The notes beneath the pieces were generated by a model. The model ran no database searches, was not told the DNA's origin, and was given only the letters and a program-made list of their open reading frames with translations. The translations under genes were made by a program, and so were the position numbers. Below are positions 8,330 through 15,330 of a DNA stretch of 64,000 nt, in pieces. Source of the stretch: a bacterium. GTDB lineage: Bacteria; RBG-13-66-14. How positions within the stretch are numbered: position 1 is the stretch's first letter; each line of letters starts with the position of its first letter. The DNA lies in NCBI GenBank assembly GCA_035528375.1, contig DATKYS010000137.1, forward strand, positions 10,024 through 74,023, given 5' to 3'.

Positions 8330-10114
8330 ATGAAGAGACCGTTTAACGTGTTGCTATTCCTCGCGGTGCTCTGGGCGTCCGCCGCGCCCGCGGGGACGCA
8401 GTGGGTCGTCGTCGAGGCGTACAGCCGCGGCGATTTCAATCAGCTCGCCCCCCTGGACCTGGACGTCCTCTCGTACAACACCGCCGACGGGCTGCACGTC
8501 CTGGCCACGGACTCAGACCTCGAGGCCCTGGCCTCCCTGGGCTACCGCTGGCGGGTGGTGGACTACGATTTCTCCCAGGTGCGCTTCGGCTCCCGGGGCG
8601 GCGACTCCTTCTACGGCGGCTACCGCACCATCGCCGAGACCGAGGCCGAGCTTCAGGAGCTGGCCGCCGACCACCCCGACATCTTCGACCTTTTCAGCCT
8701 GGGCCACAGCTACCTGGACCGGGACATCTGGTGCATGAAGGTCAGCGACAACCCCGCGGTGGACGAGGCGGAGGGGGAAATCTTCATCCACGGCAACACC
8801 CACGCCCGGGAGATAATGACCCTCGAGATTCCCATGTATTTCCTCAACCGCATCGCCGAGGATTACTACACCGACCCGGAGCTGGCCTACCTCATTGACG
8901 CCCACGAGGTGTTCATCGTCCCCTCGATCAACCCCGACGGCCACGTCTGGGTGGAGGAGCATCACGACGGGAGCCCTTACGGCTGGCGGCGGAAGAACAT
9001 GCGGCCGCCAGACGGCGTGGACCTGAACCGCAACTACGGCTACATGTGGGGCTACGACGACCACGGCTCCAGCCCCAACCCCTGGTCGGATCTCTACCGC
9101 GGCACCTCTCCCTTCAGCGAACCGGAGACTATGGCGGTCCACGACTTCTTCCTGGACCGGGAGTTCCAGTTCGCCGTCAGCTACCACAGCTTCGGCGAGC
9201 TGATTCTGCTCCCCTGGGGGTACGTGGACGAACCGACCCCCGACGAGGCGACCCTCCGCGAGTACGGCAACGCGATGAACGCCGTCATCACCGGCCAGGG
9301 GCACGGCCCGTACGAGGTCGGGCGCCCCGGCGAAATCCTCTACCCGGTGAACGGAGATTTCGACGATTGGTCATACGGAGGGGATTATTTTCCCGATGGG
9401 ATCTCCCCCGATGATGCCTTCGAGGGTGGGGTGCCGGGCTTCTCCTTCGAGGTGAACACGGAGGAGGAGGGGGGCTTCGCGCCGCCGCCCGCGGAGATCG
9501 AGCCGACCTGCGAGCTGCACTGGCCTGTATTTCTGTGGATGCTGGAGAACGGGGCCGACGCGCCCGCGGGATCCCTCACCGACCTGGCGGCAACGCCGGT
9601 GGGCGACGGCGTGCGGATAAGCTTCAACGTCTGCGGCTGCGAAGAAATCTACTTCATCCTCATGCGCGAGGAGGCCGACGGATGGCGGCCCTTGAATGAG
9701 AGGCCCCTCGAGGGCTACACCGACGTGATGTACTACGACCTGGACGTGGAGCCCGGCGGGACCTACCGGTATCGGGTGGACGTGCTGGGCCGGTACGGCG
9801 ACCCGACCAGCTACGGCCCCGTGGAAATTACCCTGCCCCCGGACGGCGGGCGGGTGGTGGAGCTGCGCAACGCCTTCCCCAACCCGGCGGTTGGCGGCAC
9901 CAATATTTCCTTCTACATGCCCGAGGCCGGCGAGGTCGAGCTGGCGGTGTACGACGCCGCGGGCCGCCGGGTGGCCACTCTGGCCGACGGGTACGAGACC
10001 GCCGGCGAGCACGCGGTGTCCTGGGACGCCTCGGGTCACGCGCCGGGCGTCTACCTCTACCGCCTTACCGCGGATGAGGCCGCCCTCGTCCGCCGGTTCG
10101 TCGTCAGCCGGTAG
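8330..10114 (+). CDS. secreted M14 zinc carboxypeptidase with T9SS-type (FlgD-Ig-like) C-terminal domain
   Basis: Signal peptide. M14 motifs IHGNTHAREIMT, DLNRNYGY and SYHSFGELILLPWGY. The C-terminal FPNPAVGGTNISFYMPEAGEVELAVYDAAGRRVATL...GVYLYRL matches the Por/T9SS sorting-domain pattern. Confidence 0.85.
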   Translation: MKRPFNVLLFLAVLWASAAPAGTQWVVVEAYSRGDFNQLAPLDLDVLSYNTADGLHVLATDSDLEALASLGYRWRVVDYDFSQVRFGSRGGDSFYGGYRTIAETEAELQELAADHPDIFDLFSLGHSYLDRDIWCMKVSDNPAVDEAEGEIFIHGNTHAREIMTLEIPMYFLNRIAEDYYTDPELAYLIDAHEVFIVPSINPDGHVWVEEHHDGSPYGWRRKNMRPPDGVDLNRNYGYMWGYDDHGSSPNPWSDLYRGTSPFSEPETMAVHDFFLDREFQFAVSYHSFGELILLPWGYVDEPTPDEATLREYGNAMNAVITGQGHGPYEVGRPGEILYPVNGDFDDWSYGGDYFPDGISPDDAFEGGVPGFSFEVNTEEEGGFAPPPAEIEPTCELHWPVFLWMLENGADAPAGSLTDLAATPVGDGVRISFNVCGCEEIYFILMREEADGWRPLNERPLEGYTDVMYYDLDVEPGGTYRYRVDVLGRYGDPTSYGPVEITLPPDGGRVVELRNAFPNPAVGGTNISFYMPEAGEVELAVYDAAGRRVATLADGYETAGEHAVSWDASGHAPGVYLYRLTADEAALVRRFVVSR

Positions 10115-10169
10115 TTGTGGACGGTAGGAGGGCGGGGGTTTTCGTATCCCGTTCTTTTTTTTATGTGCA

Positions 10170-10356
10170 GCGGCCCTCACCCCGGGTTGTGATGATGTAG
10201 GGGCGGGTCTTTAGACCCGTCCGCGGGCGACAGTGGACGGTCGCCCCTACGGGGTGGATGCGCGGCGGATAGGCCTAGAGGCGGGCCTTTAGACACACGG
10301 GCCGACCTGAAGGTCGGCCCCTGCGAGGGGGTCTCGTAGGGGCGGGCGTTCTCCAC
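10170..10356. repeat. REP-like hairpin cluster A
   Basis: Contains GTAGGGGCGGGTCTTTAGACCCGTCC (10197-10222), GGGCGACAGTGGACGGTCGCCCCTAC (10225-10250), GGGCCGACCTGAAGGTCGGCCCCTGC (10299-10324) and a partial GTAGGGGCGGGC at 10336. Confidence 0.8.
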
Positions 10357-11706
10357 TCACTCCAGGTTGTACCGCTTGCGCTTCTCCAGAAGGGTCTTGC
10401 GGTTGATGCCCAGAATCTGGGCGGCCTCGGCCTTGTGACCGCTGGTCCGGGCCAGGACCGCCTTGATGTACTCCCGTTCCAGTTCGTCCAGGGAGAGCCC
10501 CTGGGCCACGGCGTGCCCCAGAAAGCCGTCCTCGGCGGCCAGGATGTTCTCCGGGAGGTTTTCCAGGGTGACGTTGACCCGCTCGCCGTCGGTGAGCACG
10601 ACGATGCGCTCGATCAGATTTTCCAGCTCGCGGACGTTTCCGGGCCAGGGGTAGCGTTCCAGGGCCTCGACCGCCCCCTGGGAGATGCCCTCCAGTCGGC
10701 GGTTGTACCGCTGGCAGGTCCGCTCGAAGAGCGCCTTGGTGATGAGAATGACGTCGCCCTCGCGCTCGCGCAGGGGCGGCAGGGTGACGGGCACCACGTT
10801 GAGGCGGTAGAAGAGGTCGCGGCGGAAGCGCCCCTCCTCCATCTCCCGTTCCAGGTCGCGGTTGGTGGAGGCCACGATGCGGATGTCCACATCGCGGACC
10901 TGGTTCTCGCCCAGACGTTCGAAGCGGTGCTCCTGGATGAGCCGCAGGACCTTGGCCTGGAGCGGCAGGTCCAGCTCCGATATCTCGTCGAGGAAGAGGG
11001 TTCCGCCGTCGGCGTTCTCGACACGCCCCGGCTTGTCGCGGTGGGCCCCGGTGAACGCCCCCTTCTTGTAGCCGAAGAGTTCGCTCTCCAGGAGCCCCTC
11101 GGGCAGGGCGGTGCAGTCTATCTTGATGAAGGGCCCGTCCCTCCGCTTGGAGTTGTAGTGGATGGCCTTGGCCACCAGGTCCTTGCCGGTGCCGTTCTCC
11201 CCCCGGATCAAAACGGTGGAGTCCACGTCGGCCACCTTGGCGATGAGCTTGAAAACCTCATGCATCTTCCTGGAGTTGCCGATGATGGTTTCGAAGGTGT
11301 AGCGGTCGGCCAGCTCGCCCTTGAGCTCCCGGTTCTCGCGCAGGAGCTTCCGCTTTTCCAGGGCGCGTTCGATCTGGACCAGGACCTCGTCGCGCTTGAT
11401 CGGCTTGGAGAGGTAGTCCTCGGCGCCGCGCCGCATCGCCTCCACCGCCGTCTCCACGCTCCCCTGGCCGGTCATCATTATCACCGGCAGGTCCCCGTCA
11501 ACATTCTTGGCTTCCAGCAAAAAGGTGAGGCCGTCCATCCCGGGCATGACCAGATCGGTGAAGACCACGCCGATGTCCTCTCCGCGGATGATGTCCAGCG
11601 CCTCGGCGCCCTGCGAGGCGGTCACCGGTTCGTAGCCGCCCTTCTTGATTATGGCGGACAGCAGGGCCAGGGTGGGCTGGTGGTCGTCTATGATCAGTAT
11701 TTTCAT
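10357..11706 (-). CDS. sigma-54-dependent response regulator (NtrC family)
   Basis: Receiver domain (MKILIIDDHQ...FTDLVMPGMDG), AAA+ domain with GENGTGKD and the GAFTGA motif (KKGAFTGA), and a C-terminal Fis-type HTH (GHKAEAAQILGINRKTL). No adjacent kinase gene. Confidence 0.92.
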   Translation of the reverse strand: MKILIIDDHQPTLALLSAIIKKGGYEPVTASQGAEALDIIRGEDIGVVFTDLVMPGMDGLTFLLEAKNVDGDLPVIMMTGQGSVETAVEAMRRGAEDYLSKPIKRDEVLVQIERALEKRKLLRENRELKGELADRYTFETIIGNSRKMHEVFKLIAKVADVDSTVLIRGENGTGKDLVAKAIHYNSKRRDGPFIKIDCTALPEGLLESELFGYKKGAFTGAHRDKPGRVENADGGTLFLDEISELDLPLQAKVLRLIQEHRFERLGENQVRDVDIRIVASTNRDLEREMEEGRFRRDLFYRLNVVPVTLPPLREREGDVILITKALFERTCQRYNRRLEGISQGAVEALERYPWPGNVRELENLIERIVVLTDGERVNVTLENLPENILAAEDGFLGHAVAQGLSLDELEREYIKAVLARTSGHKAEAAQILGINRKTLLEKRKRYNLE

Positions 11707-11727
11707 GGGGCTCCCCCTGCGGCGGTT

Positions 11728-11753
11728 TGTTACATCACGGTAATAATGTAACA
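11728..11753. promoter_or_regulatory. perfect 8-bp inverted repeat in the NtrC-type regulator leader
   Basis: TGTTACAT-N10-ATGTAACA lies 22-47 nt upstream of the ATG at 11706. It is AT-rich in a GC-rich genome. Confidence 0.35.
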
Positions 11754-11859
11754 CAGGGGTTAAATTGTATCCACACTCGCGGTGTTATAAAAAGGTACAC
11801 ACACATCCGGGTAGGACCTGCCGAGGTTTTTTAACGAGGGGGCCGGTGCCTCGTGGTGC

Positions 11860-12015
11860 TTTAGGGCGGGGATGTTGGTCCCCGCCGTGTCTTTTTATCA
11901 ATAGTGCTCCTCACCCCGACCCGTGAGCGAAGGCTCCTCCCGCAGGGAGAGGGAAAATGTAGGGCGGCCCCTCTGCGGGCCGCCGCGGGCCGACCTTAAG
12001 GTCGGCCTCTACGAG
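11860..12015. repeat. REP-like hairpin cluster B with one CTCACCCC...GGGAGAGGG module
   Basis: Contains TTAGGGCGGGGATGTTGGTCCCCGCC, CTCACCCCGACCCGTGAGCGAAGGCTCCTCCCGCAGGGAGAGGG, GTAGGGCGGCCCCTCTGCGGGCCGCC and GGGCCGACCTTAAGGTCGGCCTCTAC. Confidence 0.8.
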
Positions 12016-12079
12016 CCATTACGGGGCGGTGTGGAATACAAAGACCCCTATTCCGACTCCCTCCTCGGGTGGATGCCGA

Positions 12080-13132
12080 TCAGCCCTTTATCTCGTGGCG
12101 CCAGCCGAAGGGATCGGGCCTGGCCGCCGTCTGGATGCCCACCAGCTCGTCGTAGAGCTTCTGCCAACGTTCGTCGAAGGGGAAGGTCCAGCTCTTCTCG
12201 GGCCCCACGATTTCCTGAACCCAGACGAGCACCGCGGCGGTGCCGCAACAGGCGGCGGCGTCGAGTGTGTCCAGCTCCGCCAGCGGGATTTTCCGGGTCT
12301 CGGTGGGCCACTTGAAGACCTTTTCCGCGATTTCCATGATCGAGCGGCGGGTGATGGAGGGGAGGATGGAGTGCGACTCGGGCGTGATGAGCGCCTTCCC
12401 CTTGAGACCGAGGAAGTTGGCCGCCCCGATCTCCTCGATGTAGGTGTGAAGGGCGGGGTCGAGGTACAGCGCCTCGGCGTAGCCGTGGCCCTTGGCCTCG
12501 TGTCCGGCGATGAAGCTGGCCGCGTAGTTGCCGCCGGCCTTGATGTGCCCCGTGCCCCGGGGCGCCGCCCGGTCGTGTTCCGACACCCGGAAGCGCTTGC
12601 CCTGGTCGGGTCCGAACCCGCCCTTGAAGTAGGGACCCACCGGGGTGACGAAGATGCGGAAGATGTAGCTCTTGGCCGGCTTGACGCCCACGTTGTCCCC
12701 GACGCCCAGATAAAAGGGCCTCACGTAGAGCGCCGCCCCGGATCCGTAGGGCGGCACGTAGGGCAGGTTGGCCAGCGTGACCTCCTCGATGCCCCGGATG
12801 AAGAGGTCCTCGGGTATCGGCGGGGCCTGGAGGTACCTTGCCCCGTCGTTCATCCGTCGGGCGTTCTCCAGGGGACGGAAGGCGTACACCTTCCCGTCGG
12901 TGCCGGACTGGACCTTCATCCCCTCGAAGAGCTCCTGGCCGTAGTGCAGCGCCTGGCTGCCCTCGGGTAGGTGCATCACGCTGTCCTCGATGACCCCCCG
13001 CGTCCGCCAGATTCCGTGCTCGAACACCGCCTCGAAACGGTAGGGGCAGCGGAGGTAGTCGAAGCCGAGGTTCGAGAAGTCAAGCTCCGCCGTTTTCCCG
13101 CCGTTCAGGAAGTAGAAACGTGGTTTATCCAT
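12080..13132 (-). CDS. ilvE: branched-chain amino acid aminotransferase (long form)
   Basis: Class IV aminotransferase features: LHYGQELFEGMK, YVRPFYLG, TGHIKAGGNYAAS, EEIGAANFLGLK and CCGTAAV. Start MDKPRFYFLNGG. Confidence 0.85.
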   Translation of the reverse strand: MDKPRFYFLNGGKTAELDFSNLGFDYLRCPYRFEAVFEHGIWRTRGVIEDSVMHLPEGSQALHYGQELFEGMKVQSGTDGKVYAFRPLENARRMNDGARYLQAPPIPEDLFIRGIEEVTLANLPYVPPYGSGAALYVRPFYLGVGDNVGVKPAKSYIFRIFVTPVGPYFKGGFGPDQGKRFRVSEHDRAAPRGTGHIKAGGNYAASFIAGHEAKGHGYAEALYLDPALHTYIEEIGAANFLGLKGKALITPESHSILPSITRRSIMEIAEKVFKWPTETRKIPLAELDTLDAAACCGTAAVLVWVQEIVGPEKSWTFPFDERWQKLYDELVGIQTAARPDPFGWRHEIKG

Positions 13133-13175
13133 CCCTTCTCCCGTTACGTTGACGTTGGGGACGACCAACCTCGGC

Positions 13176-13204
13176 ATGATAACCGATACGCACCGCCCTG
13201 ACAA
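13176..13204 (-). promoter_or_regulatory. sigma70-type promoter candidate for ilvE
   Basis: On the minus strand, TTGTCA-N17-TATCAT about 44 nt upstream of the ATG. Confidence 0.45.
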
Positions 13205-13217
13205 CCCCGGGCGCCAT

Positions 13218-13233
13218 TTGCACAATTTTGCAA
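13218..13233. promoter_or_regulatory. TTGCA-N6-TGCAA palindrome upstream of the ilvE promoter
   Basis: TTGCACAATTTTGCAA is a 5-6-5 inverted repeat, 14 nt upstream of the -35 hexamer. Confidence 0.3.
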
Positions 13234-13516
13234 AAACGGATGAAATATGGTATGATTCACAATTACTCAGTTGGAATTAATTGGAACCAAGGAGTTGGGG
13301 AAACATAAATCGCCAATCGGTCGCCGCCCTGCAAACCGATTCCCGACCGCGCCATCGCGCTCATCGTCGCCCGGGGTATACTTTGGGGGCCGGCGGGATT
13401 GCGGAGTGGGTGGAATCCGCTGCGGTGAACGAAGCCGAGGTCGAGGATTTATCCCCCCTCAGCGGTAATTCTCGAAAATGTTTTAATCCGGCAATGGCAA
13501 AGAGATACAAAAAAAC

Positions 13517-13545
13517 TTGACATTTAAATAACTCCCGGTTAGCAT
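13517..13545 (+). promoter_or_regulatory. sigma70-type promoter for the coiled-coil lipoprotein / LysM pair
   Basis: TTGACA-N17-TAGCAT preceded by an A-rich tract. It predicts a leader of about 160 nt. Confidence 0.55.
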
Positions 13546-13713
13546 CACAGTGCAGTCCAATCAAAAGAGACGCGGATAGAGGGTCCTCTATTTAAGTAAG
13601 ACAAGGCTTTTTCTTCACTTATGAAGTTCCGAGGTCAGGATTCCACAGGAGTGTCCTGACGTAATTCCAGCCGAGCAAACCCAGATCCCTTTAGACCGGA
13701 GGTGGTGTCAAGA

Positions 13714-13995
13714 ATGCGGAAATCGACCATGAGGTGGCTGGTTCTCGCCTTCGCCTTCGCCCTCCTCGCCATCGTTCCCTTCATCACCAGCTGCGGCTAC
13801 TCCGATGCTGAGCTGAAGGAGTACGACGTAGCAAAAGCTGGCAAGGTGAGCGCTGACAAGAGGCTGAACGCTGCTCAGGATGAGAATGAAAGCCTCAAGG
13901 CCAGAATCGAGCAGAAGGATGCGGAGCTCGAGAGGGCTAAAGAGAACCTCGCTCAGAAGAAGGCCGCGTACGAGGAATGGGAGGCTTCCCGCTAG
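13714..13995 (+). CDS. small coiled-coil lipoprotein (Lpp-like architecture)
   Basis: MRKSTMRWLVLAFAFALLAIVPFITSCG has a lipobox. The rest is an uninterrupted charged heptad-like helix (LNAAQDENESLKARIEQKDAELERAKENLAQKKAAYEEW). GGAGG lies upstream. G+C is lower than in neighbouring genes. Confidence 0.7.
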   Translation: MRKSTMRWLVLAFAFALLAIVPFITSCGYSDAELKEYDVAKAGKVSADKRLNAAQDENESLKARIEQKDAELERAKENLAQKKAAYEEWEASR

Positions 13996-14069
13996 AACCG
14001 GGGAGTCCCGACCTCACGAAGTTAACCGATAACAAACAAGCACATAGAGGAAGGGGGCGGTAAGTCCTT

Positions 14070-14558
14070 ATGAAGAAATTCTTCCCGATCCTCCTGGTTA
14101 TCCTCTTCGTTCTCCCGGCCTTCGCTCAAGGTGAAGTGGAGCTCTCCGACGTGGAGAGGGATCGCATCAAGGCCGAACTCGATGCTGACGAAGAGGGAAC
14201 CGGACTGAGCCGTGAAGAGCTCGTCGAGAAGTACAACGGCGAGGCTGCCGACCTGAACGGCAAAGCTGAGCCCATCGAGGCCGAGAACGAGACGCTACGC
14301 GCTCGTCTGAACGACCTCGAGAAGCAGATCCAGGATGTCAACGCCGAAGCCCGCAAGTACGAGATTCCCGTCGAGCCGCCGAAGAAGTACGACACCTACG
14401 TCGTAGTTGACGGTGACTGCCTCTGGATGATCGCCGAGAACGTCTGGGGTTGGCAGCGTTGCGCCGAATGGCCGCGGATTTATGAGGTTAACAAGGACCT
14501 CATCAAGGACCCGGACCTCATCTATCCCGGCTGGAGTCTCAACATCCCTCTCGACTGA
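14070..14558 (+). CDS. secreted coiled-coil protein with C-terminal LysM domain
   Basis: Signal peptide MKKFFPILLVILFVLPAFAQG. Coiled coil with ENETLRARLNDLEKQIQ. LysM-like YVVVDGDCLWMIAENVWG...WPRIYEVNKDLIKDPDLIYPGWSLNIP. Confidence 0.8.
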   Translation: MKKFFPILLVILFVLPAFAQGEVELSDVERDRIKAELDADEEGTGLSREELVEKYNGEAADLNGKAEPIEAENETLRARLNDLEKQIQDVNAEARKYEIPVEPPKKYDTYVVVDGDCLWMIAENVWGWQRCAEWPRIYEVNKDLIKDPDLIYPGWSLNIPLD

Positions 14559-14570
14559 TCTTCCTTGATA

Positions 14571-14597
14571 AAAAGGGGCCCGAAGGGGCCCTTTTTT
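14571..14597 (+). terminator. rho-independent terminator, copy 1 of 3
   Basis: AAAA-GGGGCCC-GAAG-GGGCCC-TTTTTT immediately after the LysM gene stop. Confidence 0.8.
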
Positions 14598-14655
14598 GTA
14601 GGTGTATGGCGACTGGTGTTTTGTTCCGAGTTACCATCCAACCTCAATCGTGGAG

Positions 14656-14679
14656 AAGGGCCCGAAGGGGCCCTTTTTT
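14656..14679 (+). terminator. rho-independent terminator, copy 2 of 3
   Basis: The same 23-mer GGGCCCGAAGGGGCCCTTTTTTG, 82 nt after copy 1. Confidence 0.7.
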
Positions 14680-14739
14680 GTTGAGTAGAGAGCCGTTGCC
14701 TTTCTGGAAAACGAAGTCTCCTGTGTAATTCCGTTTCTT

Positions 14740-14762
14740 GGGGCCCGAAGGGGCCCTTTTTT
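14740..14762 (+). terminator. rho-independent terminator, copy 3 of 3
   Basis: The same 24-mer as copy 1, 83 nt after copy 2. Confidence 0.7.
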
Positions 14763-14947
14763 GCAAGTGGTTCGCACCGATCCGTTGAAACCGATGGATT
14801 GACACGTATCCCTTATCACTGACCAACGATCCGAGGGGGTCCTTTCTCATCTCGGACGTGCAGTCGGGATCTTGAAAAATTGCCGCCGCTCCCTCACCGA
14901 CCGTGGAGCACGAATCGCACCCCGTGCGGGTCGCGACCCCCGCCGCC

Positions 14948-14976
14948 TTGACAACCCACCCCCTCTCTGGTAACTT
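14948..14976 (+). promoter_or_regulatory. sigma70-type promoter for tRNA-Val
   Basis: TTGACA-N17-TAACTT ends 16 nt before the mature tRNA 5' end. Confidence 0.55.
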
Positions 14977-14992
14977 CTCCCTGCCGCGTCTT

Positions 14993-15069
14993 GGGCGATT
15001 AGCTCAGTTGGTTAGAGTGCTTGCTTGACATGCAAGAGGTCACTGGTTCGATTCCAGTATCGCCCACCA
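14993..15069 (+). tRNA. tRNA-Val (anticodon GAC), CCA encoded
   Basis: Cloverleaf read by hand: acceptor GGGCGAT/ATCGCCC, D arm GCTC..GAGT, anticodon stem CTTGC/GCAAG with loop TTGACAT, T arm ACTGG-TTCGATT-CCAGT, discriminator A, then CCA. Confidence 0.95.
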
Positions 15070-15096
15070 CGGGCCCGGGAGGGCCCGCTTTTTTTA
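15070..15096 (+). terminator. rho-independent terminator after tRNA-Val
   Basis: CGGGCCC-GGGA-GGGCCCG followed by CTTTTTTT. Confidence 0.8.
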
Positions 15097-15137
15097 GGGA
15101 CGAGATTCACGCGGACCTGGGATGGCTCCCGGATCGG

Positions 15138-15171
15138 AGCGGCCGGTTCACGTGCACGGGGCCGCTTTTTT
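15138..15171 (+). terminator. second terminator-like hairpin
   Basis: AGCGGCC-N14-GGCCGCT followed by TTTTTT. Confidence 0.55.
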
Positions 15172-15269
15172 AAAAACTAAGCACCCGAGGGGGCTCCCGG
15201 CCTGCTGGAGAGAAACGTCTCCCCCGATCGGAACCCCGTTACCCCAGGTGTCGTAAACCAACCGTGTCC

Positions 15270-15298
15270 TTGACCGGCCGACCGGTCCCTGCTAAGAT
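15270..15298 (+). promoter_or_regulatory. sigma70-type promoter candidate
   Basis: TTGACC-N17-TAAGAT, 32 nt upstream of the ATG at 15331. Confidence 0.5.
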
Positions 15299-15330
15299 GC
15301 CGTCGTGAGCCCCCCGTCAGGAGCCAGCGG

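Noticed and set aside
11769-11779. DnaA-box-like TGTATCCACA
   Set aside because: It is a single copy with one mismatch in the ntrC-type promoter region. This is not an origin-like cluster.
13207-13224. Sigma-54 -24/-12-like GGGCGCC-ATTTGCA
   Set aside because: The GG-to-GC spacing is one nucleotide short of the consensus and the TGGCAC core is absent. The adjacent palindrome reading is more parsimonious.
14571-14763. Triple 23-mer considered as a CRISPR array
   Set aside because: The repeat is a perfect GC hairpin followed by a T-run, which is a terminator. The spacers are about 59 nt and there are only three copies directly behind a gene end. It is reported as stacked terminators instead.
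13200-15100. Low-G+C segment next to tRNA-Val considered as a tRNA-integrated genomic island
   Set aside because: There is no integrase and no direct repeat of the tRNA 3' end. The segment lies 5' of the tRNA, and strong expression signals suggest highly expressed native genes instead.
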